64,000 nt of DNA, taken from NCBI RefSeq assembly GCF_009914755.1, contig NC_060948.1. One strand, written 5' to 3'. This DNA is from the human T2T-CHM13v2.0 reference genome, Homo sapiens. The position numbers were made by a program, and so were the translations under genes. The notes under the pieces are model-generated. The model was not told the origin of the DNA and ran no database searches. It saw only the letters and a program-made list of their open reading frames with translations. Below, piece by piece: positions 42,672-56,897 of the stretch (the first letter of the stretch is position 1; each line of letters starts with the position of its first letter).

Positions 42672-45600
42672 TGAATCAACAGGAATGGAAGGGAATAGAA
42701 TAGACGGTAATGGAATGGACTCGAATAGAATGGACACGAATGCTCAAATTGAATGGACTCGAATGGAATGGAAACGAAAGGAATGTCATCGAATGGAATT
42801 GAATCGATTGGAATGAAATCGCATAGAATGGAGTGGAATCAAATGGAATTGAATCGAAAGGAAAGGAAGCCAATGGACTGAAATGAAATGGAATGGAATT
42901 GAATGGAAAGTAATGCAATGGAATAGAATGGAACGAAATTTCACGGGATGGAATCAAACTGAATGGAATCAAATCAATGGAATCAAATCAAATGGAATGG
43001 AAAGGAATTGAATGGAGTAGATTGGATTGGATGGGATTGGAATGAAATGTACTGGAAAGGACTCGAATTTCATGAAACGGAATGGAATGAATTGGAACGG
43101 AATGGACTCGAATGGAATGGAATGTCATGGAATGGCATCAAATGGAATGGAATCGAATGCAATGGAATGCTATGGAATGGAATGGAATGCATTGGAATGG
43201 AATGTCCTCTAATGGAATGGATTCGAGTGGAATGGAATCGAATATAATGGAGTCGAATGAAATGGAATTGAAAGGAATGGGATCGAATACAATGGAATAT
43301 ACTGGAATGTAATGTAATGAACTCGAATGTAATTGACTGGAATGGAATGTACATGAATGGAATGTAATCGAATGGAAAGTAATCCAATGGAATAGAATCT
43401 AATGCAATAAAATCGACTCAGATAGAGTAGAATGTAATGGAATGGAGTGCAGTGCAATGGAATGGATTGGAATGGAATGCAATGGAATGGAATGGAATGG
43501 AATGGAATGGAATGGAATGGGATGGAATGGGATGGAATGGTATGGAATGGATAGTAATGGACTGGAGTGAAATGGACTGGAAAGGAATGGACTCAAATTG
43601 AAAGGGCTCGAAAGGAATGGAGTCAAATGTAATGGTCTGGAATGGAATGAACACGAATGTAATGCAATCCAATAGAATGGAATCGAATGGCATGGAATAT
43701 AAAGAAATGGAATCGAAGAGAATGGAAACAAATGGAATGGAATTGAATGGAATGGAATTGAATGGAATGGGAAGGAATGGAGTGAAATTGTATGCAGTAG
43801 AAGAGAATAGAATGGAATGCAAGCGAAAGGAAAGGAATGGATTGGAATGGAATGGAACTCATTGGAATGGAAGGGAATGTAGTGTAATGGACAGGCCTGG
43901 AATAAAGTGGAAAGCTACGGTCTCGAATGGAATAAAAATATATGGAATGGAATGCAATGAAACGGAATCGAATGTCATAGAATGTAATGGAATGCAAAAA
44001 CATGGAATCCAAAATCATTGACTGGAAAGGCTGGGTGTCGAAAGGAATTGACTCCAATGGAATGGAATCGAATGGAATGGAAGTGAATAGAATCGAACTA
44101 AATCGAATGGAATGGAATTGATAGGAACGGAATGGAAAGGAATGCAATGATTTGGCATGGAATGGAATCGAATGGCATCGAATGGAATGGAATGGAATGC
44201 AATGGAATGGAATGTATTAGAATGTAATGAACTTTAATGGAATGTACTCGAATGGATTCGACTGGAATGGAATGTTCTGGAAGTGAATGGACTCCAATGG
44301 AATGGATTCAAAAGGAATGGAATCGTACGGAATGGAATCTAATGGAATGCAATTAAATGGAAATGAATCAAATTGAATAGCACGGAATTGAATTGAATGG
44401 AATGGAATGCAATGGAATCTAATGAAACGGAAAGGAAAGGAATGGAATGGAATGGAATGGGCTGGAATGGAAAGGAATCGAAACGAATGGAATGGAATCG
44501 AAGTGAAGAGACTGGAATGGAATGCACTGGAATGGAAGGGAGTGTAATGGAAGGTTCTCGAAAAAAATGGAATCGAATGGAATGGAATTGAATGGAACGG
44601 AATAGAGTCGAATGGAATTGAATGGAATGGAATGGACTAGAGTGAAATGGAATCGAACCACAAGGAATGGACAGGAATAGAATGGTCTCGAATTGAATGG
44701 AATCGTATGGAATGGCATCAAACGGAATGGAATGGACAGCCACGGAATGGAATGCACTCGAATGCAATGGAGTCGAAACTAATGGACTGGAATAGAATGG
44801 ACTCGACTGGTACGGACTGCAATGGAATGGAATCGAATGGAAGGGAATCGAACGGAATGGACTCGAAGGGAAAAGACTGCAATGGAAAGGTCTCGAATGG
44901 AATGGAAATTAATGGAATGGAATGGAATCGAATGAAATGGAGTCAAAAGGAATGGAATCGAATGGCAAGAAATCGAATGTAATGGAATCGCAAGGAATTG
45001 ATGTGAACGGAACGGAATGGAATGGAATCCAAAGGAATGGAATAGAATGGAATGGAATCGAATGGAAAGGACTCGAATGGAAATCACTCGAATAGAATGC
45101 AATTTAATAAAATAGGATCAAATGTAATGGAATGGAATGGAAAGGAATCGAAACGAAAGGAATGGAGACAGATGGAATGGAATGGAAGAGAGAGCAATGG
45201 TATAGAATGGAATGGAATCATCTGGAATGGAATTGAATGGAATGGAATAATATGAAATGGAATGGAATGGAATGGAATGGAATGCCCTTGAATTAAATGG
45301 ACTGGAATGGAATGGACTCGAACAGAGTGGAATGGAAAGTGTTGAGATAGAATGGAATGGACTCCTTTGGAATGGTGTAGTATGCAATGCAATCGACTGG
45401 CAGGGAATAAAAAGGAATGTAATGGAATGGACTGGACTGGAATGCAATGGACTCGTATAGATTGGAAACGGAATGCAAAGGAATGGAATGGAATAGTATG
45501 GAATGGAATGGAAAGGAATGGAGTGGAATAGACTAGAGTGGAATGGAATGGACTGGAAAGCAATGGACTGGAATGGAACTTTCTTGAATGGACTGGAATC

Positions 45601-46225
45601 AAACGGAATGGAATGCAATGCAATCAAATGGCATGGAATAAAATAGAATGAAAGAGAATCAAATGGAATTGAATCGAATGGAATCGAATGGATTGGAAAG
45701 GAATAGAATGGAATGGAATGGAATTGACTCAAATGGAATGGACTAGAATGGAATGGATTCGAATGGAAGGCAAAGGAATGGAATCTATTGGAATGGACTG
45801 TAATGGAATGGAATGGAAGGGATTGGAATGGACTCGAATGGAATGGACTGCAATAGAAAGGATTCGAATGGAATGAAAAAGAATTGAATGGAATAGAACA
45901 GAATGGAATCAAATCGAATGAAATGGAATGGAATAGAAAGGAATGGAATGAAATGGAATGGAAAGGATTCGAATGGAATGCAATCGAATGGAATGGAATC
46001 GAACGGAATGGAATAAAATGGAAGAAAACTGGCAAGAAATGGAATCGAAATGAATGGAGTGTTATGGAACGGACTCAAAAGGAATTGAATGTAATAGAAT
46101 GGAGTGGAGTGGACTCGAATATAATGGACTGGAATGGAATGAAATCACATGGAATGGGAACGAATGGAATGGAATGGAAAGGAATGGAATCGAATGGAAA
46201 GGAATCGAATGGAAGGGAATGCAAT
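42672..46225 (+). repeat. DYZ1 unit U13 (3554 bp), EcoRI-negative
   Basis: Landmark at 42672 and 46226. One copy of GGAATGGCATCAAAT deleted near 43135. Confidence 0.93.
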
Positions 46226-49200
46226 TGAATCAACAGGAATGGAAGGGAATAGAATAGACGGTAATGGAATGGACTCGAATAGAATGGACACGAATGCTCA
46301 AATTGAATGGACTCGAATGGAATGGAAACGAAAGGAATGTCATCGAATGGAATTGAATCGATTGGAATGAAATCGCATAGAATGGAGTGGAATCAAATGG
46401 AATTGAATCGAAAGGAAAGGAAGCCAATGGACTGAAATGAAATGGAATGGAATTGAATGGAAAGTAATGCAATGGAATAGAATGGAACGAAATTTCACGG
46501 GATGGAATCAAACTGAATGGAATCAAATCAATGGAATCAAATCAAATGGAATGGAAAGGAATTGAATGGAGTAGATTGGATTGGATGGGATTGGAATGAA
46601 ATGTACTGGAAAGGACTCGAATTTCATGAAACGGAATGGAATGAATTGGAACGGAATGGACTCGAATGGAATGGAATGTCATGGAATGGCATCAAATGGA
46701 ATGGAATCGAATGCAATGGAATGCTATGGAATGGAATGGAATGCATTGGAATGGAATGTCCTCTAATGGAATGGATTCGAGTGGAATGGAATCGAATATA
46801 ATGGAGTCGAATGAAATGGAATTGAAAGGAATGGGATCGAATACAATGGAATATACTGGAATGTAATGTAATGAACTCGAATGTAATTGACTGGAATGGA
46901 ATGTACATGAATGGAATGTAATCGAATGGAAAGTAATCCAATGGAATAGAATCTAATGCAATAAAATCGACTCAGATAGAGTAGAATGTAATGGAATGGA
47001 GTGCAGTGCAATGGAATGGATTGGAATGGAATGCAATGGAATGGAATGGAATGGAATGGAATGGAATGGAATGGGATGGAATGGGATGGAATGGTATGGA
47101 ATGGATAGTAATGGACTGGAGTGAAATGGACTGGAAAGGAATGGACTCAAATTGAAAGGGCTCGAAAGGAATGGAGTCAAATGTAATGGTCTGGAATGGA
47201 ATGAACACGAATGTAATGCAATCCAATAGAATGGAATCGAATGGCATGGAATATAAAGAAATGGAATCGAAGAGAATGGAAACAAATGGAATGGAATTGA
47301 ATGGAATGGAATTGAATGGAATGGGAAGGAATGGAGTGAAATTGTATGCAGTAGAAGAGAATAGAATGGAATGCAAGCGAAAGGAAAGGAATGGATTGGA
47401 ATGGAATGGAACTCATTGGAATGGAAGGGAATGTAGTGTAATGGACAGGCCTGGAATAAAGTGGAAAGCTACGGTCTCGAATGGAATAAAAATATATGGA
47501 ATGGAATGCAATGAAACGGAATCGAATGTCATAGAATGTAATGGAATGCAAAAACATGGAATCCAAAATCATTGACTGGAAAGGCTGGGTGTCGAAAGGA
47601 ATTGACTCCAATGGAATGGAATCGAATGGAATGGAAGTGAATAGAATCGAACTAAATCGAATGGAATGGAATTGATAGGAACGGAATGGAAAGGAATGCA
47701 ATGATTTGGCATGGAATGGAATCGAATGGCATCGAATGGAATGGAATGGAATGCAATGGAATGGAATGTATTAGAATGTAATGAACTTTAATGGAATGTA
47801 CTCGAATGGATTCGACTGGAATGGAATGTTCTGGAAGTGAATGGACTCCAATGGAATGGATTCAAAAGGAATGGAATCGTACGGAATGGAATCTAATGGA
47901 ATGCAATTAAATGGAAATGAATCAAATTGAATAGCACGGAATTGAATTGAATGGAATGGAATGCAATGGAATCTAATGAAACGGAAAGGAAAGGAATGGA
48001 ATGGAATGGAATGGGCTGGAATGGAAAGGAATCGAAACGAATGGAATGGAATCGAAGTGAAGAGACTGGAATGGAATGCACTGGAATGGAAGGGAGTGTA
48101 ATGGAAGGTTCTCGAAAAAAATGGAATCGAATGGAATGGAATTGAATGGAACGGAATAGAGTCGAATGGAATTGAATGGAATGGAATGGACTAGAGTGAA
48201 ATGGAATCGAACCACAAGGAATGGACAGGAATAGAATGGTCTCGAATTGAATGGAATCGTATGGAATGGCATCAAACGGAATGGAATGGACAGCCACGGA
48301 ATGGAATGCACTCGAATGCAATGGAGTCGAAACTAATGGACTGGAATAGAATGGACTCGACTGGTACGGACTGCAATGGAATGGAATCGAATGGAAGGGA
48401 ATCGAACGGAATGGACTCGAAGGGAAAAGACTGCAATGGAAAGGTCTCGAATGGAATGGAAATTAATGGAATGGAATGGAATCGAATGAAATGGAGTCAA
48501 AAGGAATGGAATCGAATGGCAAGAAATCGAATGTAATGGAATCGCAAGGAATTGATGTGAACGGAACGGAATGGAATGGAATCCAAAGGAATGGAATAGA
48601 ATGGAATGGAATCGAATGGAAAGGACTCGAATGGAAATCACTCGAATAGAATGCAATTTAATAAAATAGGATCAAATGTAATGGAATGGAATGGAAAGGA
48701 ATCGAAACGAAAGGAATGGAGACAGATGGAATGGAATGGAACAGAGAGCAATGGTATAGAATGGAATGGAATCATCTGGAATGGAATTGAATGGAATGGA
48801 ATAATATGAAATGGAATGGAATGGAATGGAATGGAATGCCCTTGAATTAAATGGACTGGAATGGAATGGACTCGAACAGAGTGGAATGGAAAGTGTTGAG
48901 ATAGAATGGAATGGACTCCTTTGGAATGGTGTAGTATGCAATGCAATCGACTGGCAGGGAATCAAAAGGAATGTAATGGAATGGACTGGACTGGAATGCA
49001 ATGGACTCGTATAGATTGGAAACGGAATGCAAAGGAATGGAATGGAATAGTATGGAATGGAATGGAAAGGAATGGAGTGGAATAGACTAGAGTGGAATGG
49101 AATGGACTGGAAAGCAATGGACTGGAATGGAACTTTCTTGAATGGACTGGAATCAAACGGAATGGAATGCAATGCAATCAAATGGCATGGAATAAAATAG

Positions 49201-49769
49201 AATGAAAGAGAATCAAATGGAATTGAATCGAATGGAATCGAATGGATTGGAAAGGAATAGAATGGAATGGAATGGAATTGACTCAAATGGAATGGACTAG
49301 AATGGAATGGATTCGAATGGAAGGCAAAGGAATGGAATCTATTGGAATGGACTGTAATGGAATGGATTGGAATGGACTCGAATGGAATGGACTGCAATAG
49401 AAAGGATTCGAATGGAATGAAAAAGAATTGAATGGAATAGAACAGAATGGAATCAAATCGAATGAAATGGAATGGAATAGAAAGGAATGGAATGAAATGG
49501 AATGGAAAGGATTCGAATGGAATGCAATCGAATGGAATGGAATCGAACGGAATGGAATAAAATGGAAGAAAACTGGCAAGAAATGGAATCGAAATGAATG
49601 GAGTGTTATGGAACGGACTCAAAAGGAATTGAATGTAATAGAATGGAGTGGAGTGGACTCGAATATAATGGACTGGAATGGAATGAAATCACATGGAATG
49701 GGAACGAATGGAATGGAATGGAAAGGAATGGAATCGAATGGAAAGGAATCGAATGGAAGGGAATGAAAT
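46226..49769 (+). repeat. DYZ1 unit U14 (3544 bp), EcoRI-negative
   Basis: Landmark at 46226 and 49770. Same 15-bp deletion as U13 plus a 10-bp deletion near 49362. Confidence 0.93.
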
Positions 49770-52700
49770 TGAATCAACAGGAATGGAAGGGAATAGAATA
49801 GACGGTAATGGAATGGACTCGAATAGAATGGACACGAATGCTCAAATTGAATGGACTCGAATGGAATGGAAACGAAAGGAATGTCATCGAATGGAATTGA
49901 ATCGATTGGAATGAAATCGCATAGAATGGAGTGGAATCAAATGGAATTGAATCGAAAGGAAAGGAAGCCAATGGACTGAAATGAAATGGAATGGAATTGA
50001 ATGGAAAGTAATGCAATGCAATAGAATGGAACGAAATTTCACGGGATGGAATCAAACTGAATGGAATCAAATCAATGGAATCAAATCAAATGGAATGGAA
50101 AGGAATTGAATGGAGTAGATTGGATTGGATGGGATTGGAATGAAATGTACTGGAAAGGACTCGAATTTCATGAAACGGAATGGAATGAATTGGAACGGAA
50201 TGGACTCGAATGGAATGGAATGTCATGGAATGGCATCAAATGGAATGGCATCAAATGGAATGGAATCGAATGCAATGGAATGCTATGGAATGGAATGGAA
50301 TGCATTGGAATGGAATGTCCTCTAATGGAATGGATTCGAGTGGAATGGAATCGAATATAATGGAGTCGAATGAAATGGAATTGAAAGGAATGGGATCGAA
50401 TACAATGGAATATACTGGAATGTAATGTAATGAACTCGAATGTAATTGACTGGAATGGAATGTACATGAATGGAATGTAATCGAATGGAAAGTAATCCAA
50501 TGGAATAGACTCTAATGCAATAAAATCGACTCAGATAGAGTAGAATGTAATGGAATGGAGTGCAGTGCAATGGAATGGATTGGAATGGAATGCAATGGAA
50601 TGGAATGGAATGGAATGGAATGGAATGGAATGGGATGGAATGGGATGGAATGGTATGGAATGGATAGTAATGGACTGGAGTGAAATGGACTGGAAAGGAA
50701 TGGACTCAAATTGAAAGGGCTCGAAAGGAATGGAGTCAAATGTAATGGTCTGGAATGGAATGAACACGAATGTAATGCAATCCAATAGAATGGAATCGAA
50801 TGGCATGGAATATAAAGAAATGGAATCGAAGAGAATGGAAACAAATGGAATGGAATTGAATGGAATGGAATTGAATGGAATGGGAAGGAATGGAGTGAAA
50901 TTGTATGCAGTAGAAGAGAATAGAATGGAATGCAAGCGAAAGGAAAGGAATGGATTGGAATGGAATGGAACTCATTGGAATGGAAGGGAATGTAGTGTAA
51001 TGGACAGGCCTGGAATAAAGTGGAAAGCTACGGTCTCGAATGGAATAAAAATATATGGAATGGAATGCAATGAAACGGAATCGAATGTCATAGAATGCAA
51101 TGGAATGCAAAAACATGGAATCCAAAATCATTGACTGGAAAGGCTGGGTGTCGAAAGGAATTGACTCCAATGGAATGGAATCGAATGGAATGGAAGTGAA
51201 TAGAATCGAACTAAATCGAATGGAATGGAATTGATAGGAACGGAATGGAAAGGAATGCAATGATTTGGCATGGAATGGAATCGAATGGCATCGAATGGAA
51301 TGGAATGGAATGCAATGGAATGGAATGTATTAGAATGTAATGAACTTTAATGGAATGTACTCGAATGGATTCGACTGGAATGGAATGTTCTGGAAGTGAA
51401 TGGACTCCAATGGAATGGATTCAAAAGGAATGGAATCGTACGGAATGGAATCTAATGGAATGCAATTAAATGGAAATGAATCAAATTGAATAGCACGGAA
51501 TTGAATTGAATGGAATGGAATGCAATGGAATCTAATGAAACGGAAAGGAAAGGAATGGAATGGAATGGAATGGGCTGGAATGGAAAGGAATCGAAACGAA
51601 TGGAATGGAATCGAACTGAAGAGACTGGAATGGAATGCACTGGAATGGAAGGGAGTGTAATGGAAGGTTCTCGAAAAAAATGGAATCGAATGGAATGGAA
51701 TTGAATGGAACGGAATAGAGTCGAATGGAATTGAATGGAATGGAATGGACTAGAGTGAAATGGAATCGAACCACAAGGAATGGACAGGAATAGAATGGTC
51801 TCGAATTGAATGGAATCGTATGGAATGGCATCAAACGGAATGGAATGGACAGCCACGGAATGGAATGCACTCGAATGCAATGGAGTCGAAACTAATGGAC
51901 TGGAATAGAATGGACTCGACTGGTACGGACTGCAATGGAATGGAATCGAATGGAAGGGAATCGAACGGAATGGACTCGAAGGGAAAAGACTGCAATGGAA
52001 AGGTCTCGAATGGAATGGAAATTAATGGAATGGAATGGAATCGAATGAAATGGAGTCAAAAGGAATGGAATCGAATGGCAAGAAATCGAATGTAATGGAA
52101 TCGCAAGGAATTGATGTGAACGGAACGGAATGGAATGGAATCCAAAGGAATGGAATAGAATGGAATGGAATCGAATGGAAAGGACTCGAATGGAAATCAC
52201 TCGAATAGAATGCAATTTAATAAAATAGGATCAAATGTAATGGAATGGAATGGAAAGGAATCGAAACGAAAGGAATGGAGACAGATGGAATGGAATGGAA
52301 CAGAGAGCAATGGTATAGAATGGAATGGAATCATCTGGAATGGAATTGAATGGAATGGAATAATATGAAATGGAATGGAATGGAATGGAATGGAATGCCC
52401 TTGAATTAAATGGACTGGAATGGAATGGACTCGAACAGAGTGGAATGGAAAGTGTTGAGATAGAATGGAATGGACTCCTTTGGAATGGTGTAGTATGCAA
52501 TGCAATCGACTGGCAGGGAATCAAAAGGAATGTAATGGAATGGACTGGACTGGAATGCAATGGACTCGTATAGATTGGAAACGGAATGCAAAGGAATGGA
52601 ATGGAATAGTATGGAATGGAATGGAAAGGAATGGAGTGGAATAGACTAGAGTGGAATGGAATGGACTGGAAAGCAATGGACTGGAATGGAACTTTCTTGA

Positions 52701-53338
52701 ATGGACTGGAATCAAACGGAATGGAATGCAATGCAATCAAATGGCATGGAATAAAATAGAATGAAAGAGAATCAAATGGAATTGAATCGAATGGAATCGA
52801 ATGGATTGGAAAGGAATAGAATGGAATGGAATGGAATTGACTCAAATGGAATGGACTAGAATGGAATGGATTCGAATGGAAGGCAAAGGAATGGAATCTA
52901 TTGGAATGGACTGTAATGGAATGGAATGGAAGGGATTGGAATGGACTCGAATGGAATGGACTGCAATAGAAAGGATTCGAATGGAATGAAAAAGAATTGA
53001 ATGGAATAGAACAGAATGGAATCAAATCGAATGAAATGGAATGGAATAGAAAGGAATGGAATGAAATGGAATGGAAAGGATTCGAATGGAATGCAATCGA
53101 ATGGAATGGAATCGAACGGAATGGAATAAAATGGAAGAAAACTGGCAAGAAATGGAATCGAAATGAATGGAGTGTTATGGAACGGACTCAAAAGGAATTG
53201 AATGTAATAGAATGGAGTGGAGTGGACTCGAATATAATGGACTGGAATGGAATGAAATCACATGGAATGGGAACGAATGGAATGGAATGGAAAGGAATGG
53301 AATCGAATGGAAAGGAATCGAATGGAAGGGAATGAAAT
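49770..53338 (+). repeat. DYZ1 unit U15 (3569 bp), EcoRI-negative
   Basis: Landmark at 49770 and 53339. Confidence 0.93.
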
Positions 53339-56300
53339 TGAATCAACAGGAATGGAAGAGAATAGAATAGACGGTAATGGAATGGACTCGAATAGAATGG
53401 ACACGAATGCTCAAATTGAATGGACTCGAATGGAATGGAAACGAAAGGAATGTCATCGAATGGAATTGAATCGATTGGTATGAAATCGCATAGAATGGAG
53501 TGGAATCAAATGGAATTGAATCGAAAGGAAAGGAAGCCAATGGACTGAAATGAAATGGAATGGAATTGAATGGAAAGTAATGCAATGGAATAGAATGGAA
53601 CGAAATTTCACGGAATGGAATCAAACTGAATGGAATCAAATCAATGGAAACAAATCAAATGGAATGGAAAGGAATTGAATGGAGTAGATTGGATTGGATG
53701 GGATTGGAATGAAATGTACTGGAAAGGACTCGAATTTCATGAAACGGAATGGAATGAATTGGAACGGAATGGACTCGAATGGAATGGAATGTCATGGAAT
53801 GGCATCAAATGGAATGGCATCAAATGGAATGGAATCGAATACAATGGAATGCTATGGAATGGAATGGAATGCATTGGAATGGAATGTCCTCTAATGGAAT
53901 GGATTCGAGTGGAATGGAATCGAATATAATGGAGGCGAATGAAATGGAATTGAAAGGAATGGGATCAAATACAATGGAATATACTGGAATGTAATGTAAT
54001 GAACTCGAATGTAATTGACTGGAATGGAATGTACATGAATGGAATGTAATCGAATGGAAAGTAATCCAATGGAATAGAATCTAATGCAATAAAATCGACT
54101 CAGATAGAGTAGAATGTAATGGAATGGAGTGCAGTGCAATGGAATGGATTGGAATGGAATGCAATGGAATGGAATGGAATGGAATGGAATGGAATGGAAT
54201 GGGATGGAATGGGATGGAATGGTATGGAATGGATAGTAATGGACTGGAGTGAAATGGACTGGAAAGGAATGGACTCAAATTGAAAGGGCTCGAAAGGAAT
54301 GGAGTCAAATGTAATGGTCTGGAATGGAATGAACACGAATGTAATGCAATCCAATAGAATGGAATCGAATGGCATGGAATATAAAGAAATGGAATCGAAG
54401 AGAATGGAAACAAATGGAATGGAATTGAATGGAATGGAATTGAATGGAATGGGAAGGAATGGAGTGAAATTGTATGCAGTAGAAGAGAATAGAATGGAAT
54501 GCAAGCGAAAGGAAAGGAATGGATTGGAATGGAATGGAACTCATTGGAATGGAAGGGAATGTAGTGTAATGGACAGGCCTGGAATAAAGTGGAAAGCTAC
54601 GGTCTCGAATGGAATAAAAATATATGGAATGGAATGCAATGAAACGGAATCGAATGTCATAGAATGTAATGGAATGCAAAAACATGGAATCCAAAATCAT
54701 TGACTGGAAAGGCTGGGTGTCGAAAGGAATTGACTCCAATGGAATGGAATCGAATGGAATGGAAGTGAATAGAATCGAACTAAATCGAATGGAATGGAAT
54801 TGATAGGAACGGAATGGAAAGGAATGCAATGATTTGGCATGGAATGGAATCGAATGGCATCGAATGGAATGGAATGGAATGCAATGGAATGGAATGTATT
54901 AGAATGTAATGAACTTTAATGGAATGTACTCGAATGGATTCGACTGGAATGGAATGTTCTGGAAGTGAATGGACTCCAATGGAATGGATTCAAAAGGAAT
55001 GGAATCGTACGGAATGGAATCTAATGGAATGCAATTAAATGGAAATGAATCAAATTGAATAGCACGGAATTGAATTGAATGGAATGGAATGCAATGGAAT
55101 CTAATGAAACGGAAAGGAAAGGAATGGAATGGAATGGAATGGGCTGGAATGGAAAGGAATCGAAACGAATGGAATGGAATCGAAGTGAAGAGACTGGAAT
55201 GGAATGCACTGGAATGGAAGGGAGTGTAATGGAAGGTTCTCGAAAAAAATGGAATCGAATGGAATGGAATTGAATGGAACGGAATAGAGTCGAATGGAAT
55301 TGAATGGAATGGAATGGACTAGAGTGAAATGGAATCGAACCACAAGGAATGGACAGGAATAGAATGGTCTCGAATTGAATGGAATCGTATGGAATGGCAT
55401 CAAACGGAATGGAATGGACAGCCACGGAATGGAATGCACTCGAATGCAATGGAGTCGAAACTAATGGACTGGAATAGAATGGACTCGACTGGTACGGACT
55501 CCAATGGAATGGAATCGAATGGAAGGGAATCGAACGGAATGGACTCGAAGGGAAAAGACTGCAATGGAAAGGTCTCGAATGGAATGGAAATTAATGGAAT
55601 GGAATGGAATCGAATGAAATGGAGTCAAAAGGAATGGAATCGAATGGCAAGAAATCGAATGTAATGGAATCGCAAGGAATTGATGTGAACGGAACGGAAT
55701 GGAATGGAATCCAAAGGAATGGAATAGAATGGAATGGAATCGAATGAAAAGGACTCGAATGGAAATCACTCGAATAGAATGCAATTTAATAAAATAGGAT
55801 CAAATGTAATAGAATGGAATGGAAAGGAATCGAAACGGAAGGAATGGAGACAGATGGAATGGAATGGAACAGAGAGCAATGGTATAGAATGGAATGGAAT
55901 CATCTGGAATGGAATTGAATGGAATGGAATAATATGAAATGGAATGGAATGGAATGGAATGGAATGCCCTTGAATTAAATGGACTGGACTCGAACAGAGT
56001 GGAATGGAAAGTGTTGAGATAGAATGGAATGGACTCCTTTGGAATGGTGTAGTATGCAATGCAATCGACTGGCAGGGAATCAAAAGGAATGTAATCGAAT
56101 GGATTGGACTGGAATGCAATGGACTCGAATAGATTGGAAACGGAATGCAAAGGATTGGAATGGAATAGTATGGAATGCAATGGAAGGGAATGGAGTGGAA
56201 TAGACTAGAGTGGAATGGAATGGACTGGAAAGCAATGGACTGGAATGGAACTTTCTTGGATGGATTGGAATCAAACGGAATGGAATGCAATGCAATCAAA

Positions 56301-56897
56301 TGGCATGGAATAAAATAGAATGAAAGAGAATCAAATGGAATTGAATCAAATGGAATCGAATGGATTGGAAAGGAATAGAATGGAATGGAATGGAATTGAC
56401 TCAAATGGAATGGACTAGAATGGAATGGATTCGAATGGAAGGCAAAGGAATGGAATCTATTGGAATGGACTGTAATGGAATGGAATGGAAGGGATTGGAA
56501 TGGACTCGAATGGAATGGACTGCAATAGAAAGGATTCGAATGGAATGAAAAAGAATTGAATGGAATAGAACAGAATGGAATCAAATCGAATGAAATGGAA
56601 TGGAATAGAAAGGAATGGAATGAAATGGAATGGAAAGGATTCGAATGGAATGCAATCGAATGGAATGGAATCGAACGGAATGGAATAAAATGGAAGAAAA
56701 CTGGCAAGAAATGGAATCGAAATGAATGGAGTGTTATGGAACGGACTCAAAAGGAATTGAATGTAATAGAATGGAGTGGAGTGGACTCGAATATAATGGA
56801 CTGGAATGGAATGAAATCACACGGAATGGGAACGAATGGAATGGAATGGAAAGGAATGGAATTGAATGAAAAGGAATCGAATGGAAGGGAATGAAAT
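53339..56897 (+). repeat. DYZ1 unit U16 (3559 bp), EcoRI-negative, mosaic
   Basis: Landmark at 53339 and 56898. 10-bp deletion near 55985. Block-specific variants stop in its second half. Confidence 0.93.
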
